Source: Eremomyces bilateralis CBS 781.70 (taxonomy: Eukaryota). Taken from it: DNA of 64,000 bases. A model generated the notes under the pieces. It was given only the letters and a program-made list of their open reading frames with translations. It was not told the DNA's origin and ran no database searches. The translations under genes and the position numbers were made by a program. The stretch lies in NCBI GenBank assembly GCA_010015585.1, contig ML975152.1, one strand, 5' to 3'. Below are positions 38,400-52,148 of this stretch, in pieces; position 1 is the first letter of the stretch; each line of letters opens with the position of its first letter.

Positions 38400-39221
38400 G
38401 GTAGCAGTGGAATGTGCTCAAACAGTGGGTGTATAGTGTATACTGAACAGTTTTGGATTTTTGACGGGAAATGGAACACCTTTGACAAAGAAAATAGATG
38501 CCGAGACTCCTCGGGAGTGCTATAGATCATAGATAGTAACCTCGTATTTGTCATTTCTGCGTTGTCAATTCATCAAGGGCGGCCAAATCGTAGAGGAGCT
38601 ATCAGTCATCCAGGAAATATTTCCCTTAAGGCCTCCTAACGCCTTGGTTTGATTCGCCATTACAGAGTCATATCATGTCATCACTTGATATGTACGATGA
38701 TCACGACATCACGTCGTAAAACAAGTAAAACAAGGCACTTATCCCATCTGAAGAAGCTAAAATTGTTGCTTAGAATTGAAAGCAATGAATCGTGAGTAAC
38801 GAGTGAGGTGAGAGGCAAGAATCTACTACGTAAACCCCTGTTGGAGTATTGAACTATTCCTATTCCGGATGCCCACATCTCGGGCCGACACATGTCTGAT
38901 TACTACTCTAGATAAGGAATCCATCTCTACTCTTTAGCTGAGCATCTTGCGACATATCACGCCTAAGCTCCCATGACTAATTGAACAGTCAAGAGTGCCA
39001 TGTGGTTGCATATCGGATAGCTAATAGGATTATGGATTGGATGAGGGATCAGAGGAGTTACCCCACCTCGTAAACACCCTGGCAGTGGTCGGCCGTCCGA
39101 ACTCTGGCCATATTTGAATTACTCACTCACGAGAAACAATAACAATGTCCCCTTAGGAGTGAACATCAAGAATCAAACGAAGCGTATCAAACAAGAACCG
39201 TCCAAATTCGAATCCTTCACA

Positions 39222-40123
39222 ATGTCTCCGCCAGATGTAGTAGCGGTCACCGAGCTTCTCAACCAGACACCCTTCCGGATCCTAACGGGTGGAAAGCAGT
39301 TAACATTAGCATTTGGAGGACTTTATATCGCATCAACAACCTTGGCGGCAAAGCCGTTATTAATCTGGGAGACTGAGAAAGGCTACCCTCGCTATTATAT
39401 TCCAATCGAGTCTTTGCATGCCGATATCCAGTCTCACCTCGCAAGCTCATCGCCTGGAACATCCGTTTCGCTTGCAACTGTGGACACAGTGAATTGCAAT
39501 GGATCACAAGCAGTTATTGAACGTCTTACTGTGGGATCAAAGACGACGCCCTGGGTACGATTTCTTGAGGGGCCTCTGAAAGGACACATCAGGTTTGAAC
39601 GCAGTGAAATTGGTCAGTTTGCACTTTCGACGCTCAATCTATCCACTAACATTGGTTTTGCATAGACGATTGGTTTGAGAATGGCTCTATATTTGCAGGC
39701 ATCAAGAACCCGTACAAAAGGATTGACACTGACGCTGTTGCTCATCACATTGTTGTCAAAGTCGATGGCGAAGTGGTTGCGGAGACCAATGTGGCTGTCT
39801 TACTCACTGAAACCAACGCAGGAGAGACATACTACCTCCCAGCCACAAGCATCAAGAATTGGGGAGCTATTGAAAAGAGTGACCTGAAAACCGCATGTCC
39901 TTACAAAGGAGAATCGTGGTAAGTACGGGGCGGAGTTCTTCGCCGTATACGGCTCAGTCTGACATACCCCAGGTATTTCTCTCTCACAGTCAAAGGCCAG
40001 AAGCACGAGAACCTGATCTGGTATTATCAATACCCAACTCATGAGAGTTCTGCAATTCAGGGTCTGATCAGCTTTTACAAGAAGGATTTCGTCGAGTTAT
40101 TGGTCGACGGAGTAAGAACTTGA
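39222..40123 (+). CDS. DUF427 domain protein, 3 exons
   Basis: Motifs LIWET..YPRYYIP, KNPYKRID, ETxxxxRYYLP-like and TACPYKG. Introns ~39613-39665 and ~39919-39972. Confidence 0.85.
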
Positions 40124-40486
40124 AATCCACAGCATAAACAGCTCAGAATCTAAATCCTCAATATCAATGCAATTGTCAGCCATAAGCGAGAATGCCTTGA
40201 ATACGAACGATCTTCGGATCACTAATTGCTGCGAGTTAACCCCATCCACTTTGAGGTTGGCATTTCTAACCAGCATGGCAGAGATAAGGCGTTAAACGTG
40301 CTTTTGGGGCTGTTTTGCGTCTTCCTAGCCACCATGCTAGCCGTTGTTGCAACATTCTAGGTCTATGACGTGACTGCACCAAAATTGGCAATATGATTGT
40401 TATTATCGGGAAGTCATACAGACTATTGTAATGGAGCATTAAATCATTGTTTTCATATGGCTTCTCCATCCTAATCTACGACTGCC

Positions 40487-42335
40487 ATGGCTCATATTTC
40501 GGATGCCAGCTGGTCGGGGTACGACCTTAAAACCGACAATAAACATCACGACGATCGGGAGACTGACAGTAAAAGATTGGAGACACAGCTAGAAAGCAAG
40601 AAAGCAGCTCAAGCGCAGGATCGGGCACTTGACGATAGCTCCTCGGACTCTGTCCAGGAAGTTTTCGATGTCAAAGCATTTGACCCTGTACTTGGTCGGA
40701 AGATGGCACTTGCCAACAAAGCCATCGATGACATCGGGATGACCAGATTTCAGTGGAAGTTGTTCTTCCTCAATGGATTTGGATATGCTGTCGACTCGGT
40801 AAGTCATCAACTACTGCCCTCCTCATGGAAGCAAGTTAACTAACCCCATTCCACTGTAACAGCTCCTGGTCGTGAATCAATCAATTGCGAACCCAGCCGT
40901 TAAGCGCGAATATGGGCAGCCCGACAAACATATTTCGGGCATTCCACTTGCATCACAGGTTGGTCTTCTTGTCGGTGCTGGTCTTTGGGGGTTTACCGCA
41001 GATATCATCGGAAGAAAGCTCGCGTTCAATACCAGTCTTTACTCTTGCGCCATCTTCGTCCTGATTGCCGGAGCCATGCCCAACTACATCTCATTCGCGA
41101 CGCTGTAAGTGCTCCATCCAAAGATAGGAGAGCTCATACTCAAGCCGTGTCCAGTGTGGCCCTCTACTCAGCAGGTGCCGGTGGGAACTATATCCTTGAT
41201 GCCACCAATTTCCTGGAATTCCTGCCGACCTCACATCACTGGCTGGTCACCTTCATGGCTGTCTGGTGGGCAGTTGGCTACATGATCACAGGTTTCTTCG
41301 CCTGGGGCTTCATGAGCAACTTCTCCTGCTCCCCGAAGGCAACGTCTGAAAGCTGCCACCGCGCGGACAATATGGGGTGGCGATACCTCCATTTCACCAG
41401 TGGTGCACTGGTCATCGTTCTGGCATTTATCCGAGTCTTCGCCATTAAGATGGTGCAAACCCCACGTTGGTTGGTCAGCCAGAACCGAGATGAAGAGCTG
41501 ATCCAGATCCTCGACGATTTGGCAAGGAAGCACGGTCGATCACATTCTCTGACGCTGGAGGAGCTTTCAGGCCAAGGCACAGTTGCGCATACCGAGAAGT
41601 CGGTCTGGTCTTCATTTCGACTGAAGAAGCATGTCACGGGTTTGTTCCAGACAAAAAAGCTGGCGTGGTCGACGACACTGATCCTGTCCAATTGGTTTGT
41701 CATTGGAATGGTCAGCCCGCTCTACTCAGTGTTCTTGCCATTCTATCTTCAATCTCGCGGTGCCGAGTTTGGTGACGGTTCGAATTATCAGACTTGGAGA
41801 GGTGAGTTCTTCCGATACAGTCTGATTCTGTTCGCCCTAACTCTTCGTCAGACTATGCTATTAATCATGTGGTGGGTATCCTGGGTCCAATCATTGCCGC
41901 AGTGTTGGTTGAAACGCAGTACATCGGTCGTCGGGGCACATTAGCCATTGGCGCAGCTACGACCATGGCGCTACAGTTCGGCTACACCCAGATCACGAAC
42001 GAAGCCGGGAATGTGGGATTGTCTTCTGCGATCAGCGCTGCGTCGTAAGTTCTCATTTCTTCAAACCGAACTAGTACTAACTAATATGCAGCAACATCTA
42101 TTACGGCACAATCTATGCCTATACTCCGGAGATTCTTCCATCCGCTCATCGTGCTACCGGATATGGCCTTTGTGTTGTGGTTAATCGCATTGGTGGTATT
42201 CTGGGGGTTCTTGTCGGAAGCTATGCTAATGTCGAGACTACGGCGCCGCTGTTTGTCTGCGCAGCTTTGTTTGGCTTGCTCATTATTCTCAGCTTGCTGT
42301 TACCGTTTGAATCCAGGGGCAAGAGAGCGCAGTAG
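40487..42335 (+). CDS. MFS transporter (SV2/sugar-transporter-like fungal family), multi-exon
   Basis: Motifs IGMTRFQWKLFFLNGFGYAVDS, ADIIGRKLAFN, GGNYILD, NMGWRY, YAYTPE, LPFESRG. Confidence 0.9.
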
Positions 42336-45300
42336 ATAGCAATAATATAGTTACTGTAGTCAGTCCCAATCCATAGGTTGAATGTCCACCATATTCCTCT
42401 TCTACTGGCGTGCTTTGTATGGTAACTACCTATACTTACCATAACTAATTAGGTAGGATCTGAGCGAAACTCGTATGCCAGAGAGGCGCAATGCTCAGCT
42501 GTAAACACTAAAATGGCTGTGTACAATATGGTAATATTGTCCTCGAATCTACTATGGGCCTGCAAGAAGTGATACTACTCGACGATTATCACTGCTGACT
42601 CGAAATAAAGTGCATCCTCCTAATCCCACGCGGAAAGATCTGCGATATGAAAGCACTATCCAAGATAAGCACCGGTAGATACTTAAGGTGTCTGTTTCAT
42701 TCTAGACTCGAGAGGATGAAGCTGATATTACCTGCGGCCTGGAGATTAGCGCCTGGGAGCATCCCTGTTCGTGTTCGGGACGATAACTGAAAGTGATACC
42801 AACTTTCAGCTCTGGTTCCGGGTGCTATGTTTGCATAACCTGCTAATCCAGAGGAATGGGTTGTTGAGACGGAATTTCTGGGCAAGGCGGCTAGCAATCT
42901 CGCGAAATGCGAAGGGACGATTGTGACGTCCGAGAATCTCAATTGCTGCAGACGCGAATACGCGATGCTGCCCACGAGTTGATGCCACGAGGCACTGCGT
43001 CGAGTTTGATGCTACGAGTGCTGTCGATCATTGTGCGCAAGTATTCTCAATTCTCATAGATTGCTAGAATGCTCGGCAAGCCGCTGTCGTCGGCTAAGAG
43101 ATCTCATTGCTTCGGTCGAACGGATACCAAGCCTGGTAACGAGAGGATGCTCAGCTATTCGGCGCCTTCAAAGCCTCACGAGATATTAAGACGATCAGCA
43201 AGCTTTTTCGTGGCGTTTCAATGCAAGCCATGACGGGTCCAGGGGGAAATAATACTCAGGATTTGGGCTGCCTTGCATCGTTACATTATAACACCTGATC
43301 CTTGCCTGAGAAGCAGGCAATATGCCGACATGCGAGGAAGATGGGAAATGGAGGTCATCAAGGGGAGGGTTGGTTCTAGACTTCTAGATGACCGCCTAGA
43401 ACTGCCAAGTCCGCCGGCTTGTAGCGGGGCAGGCTACCCCAGGAATTGCAGCTCGGCGGTCCTAGTGAGATTTGTTCCATGGCCATTTCAATTCTCATCA
43501 GTCGATCGTGGGGTCTCAGGCAGTCGATCGTGGGCATTGCTCCGCAGCTCCGCTGGTCCGCTCAATTTCTATCTGACCTGCCGCTAGCTAGTTACGGGGT
43601 AGAAACCTTGGAATTGGAAAGTGGAAGCTAAGTGCCGCTGTAAATTAGATCTGAGTCCTTCATAGATTCCCCGTGTCCACCGCCGAATTTAGATTCCACC
43701 TAGTACCATGACCGGACGGCGCAAAAAACGGGACAGGCGATATATCAAGGGTCTGAGAATGACGCCGTGACAGGCTCGGATGCTAAAACTACGACAAAAC
43801 ATCGGGATTGCCTCATCTTTCGACTAGTAGTCGACTTGCACAATGTGAAACTAGATATCACATGCGCAGCAAGGACGACGGCGAATCCTGCATGTCCAAA
43901 GCAGGGGGGCATTGGGGGCTGGGGGAGACCCAAATAAGGCCAAGACCCTCAAGAAGCGTAGAAGGATGCGTGGAACTGCATAACTGCAGGTCAGAGTCGG
44001 ATCATAGACTGCCAAAGTGCCAACCCGTCATAGGGCCACTACTCACCACTCAGTAGGCGGTGGACGGAGGCGGTATCCACCCTTCACGGGTTCAAGCCTT
44101 CAACAAATATTGTCTTCCGAATGCCCTGGACCAACGCCATCCGTAGCACCGAATCCAAGCGAGCAAAAAAGTAATGTCTACAATAAGCAATAGTTATCAG
44201 ATGTCCGAGCGTAGAATCTTGGTGTTGGATGTAACGGCCCGAACATAGTTCGGCTCTTGGGGAGTTGGCGTCGAATTAGGCTTGTAGAAAGGTGGATTGC
44301 CAAGGCGCATATCATGGCCTTCATGGGCTCATCGCTCATGATTGATGATACGTATGGAATAATACAGTAGATAGCTTCGCAGTCTGACATGGGATACGTA
44401 CTGGCCTACTGGGAAGTGAGAAGGGTCCCATGGAATCGATGATGTCCTTGCCCTTTCGTGTGCGGAGGAGAAAGTCCGTCAACATGAGATCCCGTCTCGG
44501 TGCAGCGTCGTCTGGACTCTTGCAGATGTACAATTCCCAGCTTCCTGACCATTGGATAGCTGTCAATTGGTATGTGATTCCGAACCGAGGTGTGGACTAT
44601 GGAACATGGACGTGTGAGATGTTCCAAGCCTACTATCTTTGATCATCCTTTGATCACCCTGTTGGAATCTGTTCCGCAGGTTTGGTAAGGGACAGCCTAG
44701 AGAGATGAGCCAGATACATTCACCTGAAGCGGTTAGCGTGGAAGATTACCTTTCATTGCCCTGTGTGACCCCTGCCTCCTTTTTCCTCCCGCGCCATCCC
44801 AACCTCAGACGTCTATGTTTTGTTTGCCATCATGCCATATCAATGATGCAGATCCTCAACCCGCGGTCCGCCATAGTCACACGCGGGTTCGATAATCATT
44901 CCCTTGGGCCGGCGTGGCGTTCGCTCCTGTTTACTCTGTACCACTCATCCGAGTCCACTCACCATGTCTTGCTTCAGTCGCTTGAAAGGAGATTTGTTGA
45001 AACCACACTTGTGCGGCTACTCGGTCTCGGTCCGTCTGTGTTTTTCTCACATCACGATGGATCGGCCAGCGTCAGATGTGCCAAATACGGCATGAACCCC
45101 GAACGAGATACACGCGAAGACAGTCCGGGGAACACGCCAAGTAGTGCTACCGGGTAGCCTCCATATTGTGAGTCCCATTATTGCGGCCTTATCCACGTAT
45201 CAACAATCGACATGCAAGGGCACCCAGTGCTCGTGCTTTGGGGCCTTGCATCATGCTATGTCGTTCGAAGCGGTTGAATTTGGGACCTCGCACAGCCGGG

Positions 45301-45674
45301 TAGTAAGTGGGTTCATCCGAAATACCGAGTGGTAGTCTTCAGCTTGTAAGCGAGGAGGATGGGGAGAAGGGTCAAGACAATTTAGTATCATCTGGGTCAT
45401 ATTCCGGTCTTTCCCCGGATCGCCAAGTTTGTATTTCTATAAAACGGACATCTGTCCCATAGGAGGATCGACCGGGAAGACTCCTATCGCACAGAACTGC
45501 TAACTTCAGCACCTGGTCTAAGATTCGATCTCTTGCTGATTGAACCTTCTATCAGATACTTATTTGCGCCTGCTCCTTCATCATAGTTGTTCTCTCTATT
45601 CAGTCATCTTATTTCAAGACCCGTCCCTAGGCGACTTGTGCGAACTCCCCTGCGAGAGTCGCTGCTTGCCCACT

Positions 45675-47522
45675 ATGACAATTTCGAAGCATGAGTCTGG
45701 GGTTTCTACTCCTGTAGAACATGGTCACGACGAGAAAGTTATTCAAGAGGACAAAGTTCTCGAGCTTCAAGTCGAATCCGTCGCTTTTGGAGATGTGGAG
45801 TCGGCCGGCTTTGACAAACAGCAGACGAAGAAACTGCTCAGAAAGATTGACTGGGCGCTCATACCCTTCCTTGCGCTCCTCTACTTGTAAGTGCGAAGGC
45901 TCTGGAAAGTCGCCTCCACATCTACTGACTGAGCTTTGTAGACTAAGTTTCCTCGATCGCACCAATATTGGTAATGCGCGTCTCGCCAATCTCGAGGCGG
46001 ACCTTGGAATGAAAGGACTGGACTACAATGTACGCATCCATCACCGGTTACGGATGAGGAGCCAATGCTGATGCTCTATGACAGGTTGCTCTAGCCATCT
46101 TCTTTCCCTTTTATGTTGCAGCAGGTATCTCAAGATCAACATCCGACGCGAGGACTCGACACTAATGGTGCGCAACAGAGATTCCATCAAATATGATGCT
46201 CAAGAAAACGAAACCGAGCATCTGGATTCCCTCCATTATGGTTTTTTGGGGCTTCCTCTGCTGTATGATGGGCCTCGTCACGAACAAAGCAGGCCTCCTG
46301 GCCACTCGAGCACTTCTGGGTATTTCAGAAGGTGGACTGTTCCCTGGCGTTACTTTCCTGTACGAGCTACGATTGACGCTGAAATGACAAGCACTAACTT
46401 ATCGGCAGCATCACTATGTGGTATAAGCGCAATGAGTGTGGTCTTCGAATGGCCATCTTCTTCTCGGCAGCTACCGCAGCGGGTGCTTTCGGAGGTCTCC
46501 TGGCACGCGGCATTGTGGAGATGGATGGAATTGGAGGAAGGGCCGGTTGGGCCTGGGTACTTCTCTCTTGGTTAGGACAAAAAAGCGTTGACTGACAACT
46601 CTCTCCAGATATTCATCATCGAAGGTATCGCGACGCTTATCATTGCCATCGCCGCGTACTTCGTCATGCAGGACTATCCCGATACCGCCAAATTCCTCAG
46701 TGTTGCCGAAAAGAAAGAAGTTGTCCGTCGTCTGCAAGAGGATCGATCCTCCCTCGCCGATGAATTCAACATGAAATTCTTCTGGGATGGTCTGAAGGAC
46801 TGGAAGATCTGGGTGCACATGTTCATCACCATCGGAATTTACACTCCGCTATACTCATTCAGTCTCTTCCTTCCTACCATCGTGAAGACTCTGAACTACA
46901 CCAATAATACGGCGCAGCTCATGACCGTTCCACCATACATCGTCGCCTGCTTCTGCTGCATCGCTGGCGGTCACTTTGCTGATCGCCACGGACAACGTGG
47001 AATATACATGATCGGCTTCTGCATCGTTGCGTAAGAGATTTCCTTCCTTCCAAAATATGCACCAGTTCTGTCACTAACTTCCACTTCAGCATGATCGGCT
47101 TCGTCATGCAGATCGCAACGCAAAACCCCAGTGTCAAATACGCAGGCACCTTCTTCGTCGCCTCAGGCATCTACCCCAATGTCCCTCAGGGTGTCGCATG
47201 GAACGGCAACAACATCGGCGGTTCCCTCAAGCGCGGCGTCGGCATTGCGATGCACGTCGGCTTCGGCAACCTCGGCGGCGCCATTGCCGGCTTCATCTAC
47301 CTGACCGTCGACTCTCCCAAGTTCTACAAGGGACACGGAATCCTGCTGGCCACCACGACGATGAGCATGATTCTCTCCGTCTTCATGACGATCCATCTCC
47401 GGAGAGAGAACGCACGGAGGGATCGGGAGTATAGTAAGAAGCCCGAGGAGTACACGGAAGCGGAGAAGGAAGCCGAGCGGGAGATGGGTGATAATGCGAG
47501 TTTCTTCAGGTACACGGTATAA
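45675..47522 (+). CDS. MFS transporter, ACS family (Tna1-like), multi-exon
   Basis: Motifs LLRKIDWALIP, FLDRTNIGNA, EGGLFPG, FIIEG, AQLMTVPPY, NNIGGSLKRG, FRYTV*. Confidence 0.92.
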
Positions 47523-48371
47523 GGCATATCAGCATACTAGCACGCCGGATACCTGGCGTTTCGGGTCGTATCGCTATACCTTGGGAAATGCTTGTATATC
47601 TTGGCAGTGTTTCGGTTACTATAGCGTATATTATTGGACATGTGTCGCTACCAGAAGAGCGATGCTTAAAGAGACGCAGCGCTTAGACATTACTAATTTC
47701 ATAGTTGATACTTTAATCATGTCCTTAAGATTCAAGTGTTTCGACCTGTCATTAGCCCTTTCTATTAGAGCAAGTCCTCTTCACATGACCAAGCTCGCCT
47801 CGTTCCTCTTCCAACCGTCAGCCATCACCTGAGCCCATACTCGGATATTAAGTACAAGGGATCAGTGGTTTTAGTGCCATATAATGTGTGGTGGTCACCC
47901 TACTGACAACTATAGTTGTCTCCCTGCCCATAATGAGCTGTGTACTAACTAGTTAAATTTATTAGACTAACATCTAAAGGTATGCAGTACAGCCGTTGTG
48001 GGCATCGAATCTGGCAGGGGTTTTGTGGTTAGGAAGTACTTAAACAACCTTGTGTGGTTTCTTCGCATTTCAGTCAGTTCGCATATCTTATATGTGGCAG
48101 GTAGGAACACACCTATCTCCAAAGGGTTCAGCGTGGAAACAGCGCTCTTAAATATACCTCCTAGACATGTTAACATTAACACGCAAGATTTCCACAATAT
48201 CAGATGGGGCTCCTGTTGGCCAATCTTGTTATGGCTGCCACAACTCATAGGAGTGCTGCGGTTTTGATGGATATTCAATCTCGCCTGAATTTGCCGTCAC
48301 ACTATGCTATCGTACACCCGTGAATCCACACTGTTTCTATGCCGGCTTTTGCTTGCATTAAAAAAACCCCT

Positions 48372-49457
48372 TTACAGCCCAGAAGCAAGGGTATAGCCAC
48401 CATCCACGACGATGTTCTGCCCATTCAGATACTGATTGCACGCAGCGAACAGAACCGCACCGGCCATGTCTCGGTCGTTCCCCGGCCGGGCGGCGGGTAC
48501 TTTCGATTCATACTTCTCCTTCGGTATTGCGCTCTTCTGGTTCTCCCCGCTGCTGCCCGCTGTCATCTCGCTTGGAAACACACCAGGTGCAATGGCATTG
48601 ACCCGGATCTTTAGGCCGTTCCTAGCGACCTCATTGGCGATCATGCGGGTCAGGTGGACGGCAGCGGCCTTGGATGCGTTGTAAGAGAAGTGGTGCTGTG
48701 CCGTCTTGACGATTCCGGAGATACTGGTGATGTTGACGACTGTGGCGGAGTAGCCGTGCTCCATCTGCGAGGCGTTTTGGAGTAGAGGAAGAAGGGCAAA
48801 CGTGGTGAAATAGAGCGGCGGGACGTTGGTCTGATAGACGGACATCCAGTCATCGACAGTGGCAGAATCGTGGTCAAAAAGATTCTTCTTCATCTCCTCG
48901 GCAGAGGTTGCTTCGGTCTGGAAAGTTGCTCCATCGATTCCAGCATTATTCACTAGAATGTCAAGGCGCTTCTCACGGGAAGCCAGCTCCTTTGCCATGG
49001 CCGCAATAGCCTCCTTTTTCGATACATCGGCGTTGAAAGGGATGATCTGCCCCGAAATATTCTTTCCATATATCTCTGCAACGCGCTCGAGTTTCTCTTC
49101 GGTCCGGCCGACAATATAGACTTTCGCACCATTGACAGCTAGGGCTTGAGTGACCATTAAACCAATGCCGGAGCCACCGCCAGTGACAAGGGCGATCTTG
49201 CCTCTGACGTTGAAGACGTTTTGAAGGGTAAAGTCCTCATTGTTGAGTTTGGGTGGATCGTTTGAGGCCATGTTGAATTGATGACTTGCTGTACGAGTAG
49301 ACTTTGCGTATGTTTGTGTAGTTGGCTTGACGGGGCGAGTGTAGGTAGTTTGGAGTGGTATGGAGAGGGCTGAAGTTGAAAATGTTCGCGGGACAGGATG
49401 ACGATGAAACAAGTTAACAGAGGCGAACTTATAAACTGAACTCGCTTTTGATCTCAT
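48372..49457 (-). CDS. Short-chain dehydrogenase/reductase; second in-frame ATG at 49271
   Basis: Motifs TGGGSGIG, LVNNAG, YNASK, VNAIAPG, VDGG. Intronless. Confidence 0.92.
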   Translation of the reverse strand: MRSKASSVYKFASVNLFHRHPVPRTFSTSALSIPLQTTYTRPVKPTTQTYAKSTRTASHQFNMASNDPPKLNNEDFTLQNVFNVRGKIALVTGGGSGIGLMVTQALAVNGAKVYIVGRTEEKLERVAEIYGKNISGQIIPFNADVSKKEAIAAMAKELASREKRLDILVNNAGIDGATFQTEATSAEEMKKNLFDHDSATVDDWMSVYQTNVPPLYFTTFALLPLLQNASQMEHGYSATVVNITSISGIVKTAQHHFSYNASKAAAVHLTRMIANEVARNGLKIRVNAIAPGVFPSEMTAGSSGENQKSAIPKEKYESKVPAARPGNDRDMAGAVLFAACNQYLNGQNIVVDGGYTLASGL

Positions 49458-50218
49458 ATTGACACAGAAATTTCACAGTCGGAGTGATGTTAGCGTATTG
49501 AAAGAATGTTTTCTATTGGATTCTGGCTTGGATATAAGAATGTCCAACATTTATGTCGTCATCATGTTGTAACGCTCATCAATCCATCGAATAGGACCGT
49601 CGTTGAAGATCTAGAGGTGATGCCATGGTTTGAGAAATAGTCATTTTTTAGACAACCATGCCCGCTTTGAAAAAGAGTCGGTTGGTAGAGAAAGTGATAG
49701 TAGGAGCCAGTAATGACCCTGCTTTCGCATATAATATGGCGTCAGCTGCCATTTCAGGAGGTGTAATAGTAGCACCTTAGCTGTAGCGTGGCTCGCAGCA
49801 AAATAACGGTAATTATAACCTTTGGGACAATAAGGACTACTCTAAATGATTCGTAACTCCATCAGACGGCTCCTTTATCTTCATACTGTGGGTCGTTCTG
49901 ATTAGGTACTACAGAAAAACTGGACGCGATGTTGAATGTTGAATGTTGGAACTTGGACTGGAATCTGGGTCGTGTTGAGATTGTAGTGAAAGCACGAAGC
50001 AGACGTGTGCCTAAGGCTCCAAGGCCGCCAATTAGCCAAATATGACCCACAATTTGTGATCGTCAACCTCCGTTGCCTCAGACTGGAACGTGAACATTCC
50101 CAAGCAGCAACATCTCTCAAAGCCTCAACCAACCATTTCCGACCATCAAACCCTCTCAAATCCTATCAAACCTTTCTTCCCATTATCCACCCACCTTTCC
50201 TGTCGCCGCGTCGTCACC

Positions 50219-51441
50219 ATGGCGCTTGACACGTTCTTCCACAACAAGATCGAGAGCATGAAGCTCGAGATCATCCAAGGCCAATCCAAGCTGCGGCGAT
50301 TAGAAGCACAACGGAACGACTACAACTCAAGAGTGCGGTTATTGCGGGAAGAACTTGGCCTCCTTCAGCAGCCGGGTTCGTATGTCGGAGAGGTTGTCAA
50401 GGTCATGGGGACGAAGAAGGTGCTCGTCAAAGTGCATCCAGAAGGCAAATATGGTATGAAGCGTCGGGGAACCCTATCGCCATTGCAAATGCTAAGTTCA
50501 GCCTAGTCGTCGATATTGCTGATTCGGTCGACATCTCGAAGTTAACCGCGGGCAAACGAGTCACGCTGTTGAGCGACTCCTACAAGCTCGAGAAGATGCT
50601 GCCTTCGTCGGTCGATCCTCTTGTTTCCCTCATGATGGTCGAAAAGGTCCCTGACAGCACATACGACATGATCGGAGGATTGGATCAACAGATCAAGGAG
50701 ATCAAGGAGGTGATTGAGCTGGGTCTGAAACATCCCGAACTGTTCGAATCCCTGGGTATCGCTCAACCGAAGGGTGTGCTGTTGTACGGACCTCCCGGAA
50801 CCGGCAAAACCCTCCTCGCTCGTGCCGTTGCGCATCACACCGACTGCAAGTTCATCCGAGTGAGTGGCTCAGAGTTGGTTCAGAAGTACATCGGTGAAGG
50901 AAGCCGTATGGTTCGAGAGCTATTTATCATGGCACGAGAGCATGCACCTAGCATCATCTTCATGGACGAAATCGACTCAATAGGATCCTCACGAGTAGAA
51001 GGATCATCGGGTGGCGACTCGGAAGTTCAACGGACGATGTTGGAGCTACTGAACCAACTGGATGGATTCGAGCCGACCAAAAACATCAAGATCATCATGG
51101 CGACGAATCGTCTCGACATCCTTGACCCAGCATTGTTGCGTCCGGGACGGATAGACCGCAAGATTGAATTCCCTCCACCAAGCGTCGAAGCGCGAGCAGA
51201 CATCCTTCGAATCCACTCGCGGAAGATGAACCTGACCCGTGGCATCGATCTCAAGAAGATCGCGGACAAGATGAACGGCTGCTCGGGGGCGGAGCTGAAG
51301 GGCGTGTGCACGGAAGCAGGCATGTATGCACTGAGGGAACGGAGGGTGCACGTTACGCAGGAAGATTTCGATTTGGCTACCGCGAAGATTCTCAACAAGC
51401 ACGACGACAAGGATACCTCGCTCAAGAAGCTCTGGAAGTAG
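50219..51441 (+). CDS. RPT6: 26S proteasome regulatory ATPase subunit Rpt6
   Basis: Motifs [51 protein letters not shown]. Intron ~50454-50506. Confidence 0.97.
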
Positions 51442-52148
51442 TCTCCTGCCGGACATATTTGGGTGCGGTCAACGTTATGAGCGTTGTGGCAGCCAGTCTC
51501 TGTATGTGTAGTTACCGGTTCATTGCATGGCGAATGGGCGCTTGGTCAATTCTGATAGAGCACTGCTTCTGGGTATAATGGCACGGTAAAACTAAGTAGT
51601 AATTACCATATCTTATATGCTCATAACGTCGTAATCTATGACTCTACGCTAGTAATAAATCTATAGGTATCATTATATCTGCCATTTCTCTTGTTTATGT
51701 GGTAGGATATTCTTCCTGATGAAAACACCACAGTCAAAGTGTCATTCGATCCGAAGTGGCGAAGCTCACGAAACCACCACAGTTTGATATCAACCTAACC
51801 CGTCACACATCAGCTTTGATATCGATCAAGATTTAATGGGGTACATTTTCTTATTAGGGACGTGCTTTTAACCATTTATACAGACAGGCAGTCGCTCCGC
51901 AAGGACATTTGCACTCGCCCTCGGGGTTTTCCACACTTCCGTGCGCAGTAGAGAAATCGAATATTTAAAGAGCTGGGAATCAGGAATACATCTTGCAAAC
52001 TTGTATCAACGAACTTCCCAAATTTGTCAAGGCCACCGTACGTCCTAGGAATCTGAGAAGCCATAATCTTTTCATCCTCTTTTAAAATTTCCTCCGCTCC
52101 CCACTTCTGGTCTAACACGAAGACATTTCCCTGCGGGTTTCACCCGAA

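Noticed and set aside
38400..39221. bZIP-like (MetR/CYS-3) sites in the TauD-DUF427 promoter
   Set aside because: Only partial matches to ATGRYRYCAT, not distinguishable from chance.
42400..45600. 3-kb gene-free stretch with small direct repeats (e.g. CAGTCGATCGTGGG x2)
   Set aside because: No RNA gene, TIR/TSD or coding signature. Probably a long promoter.
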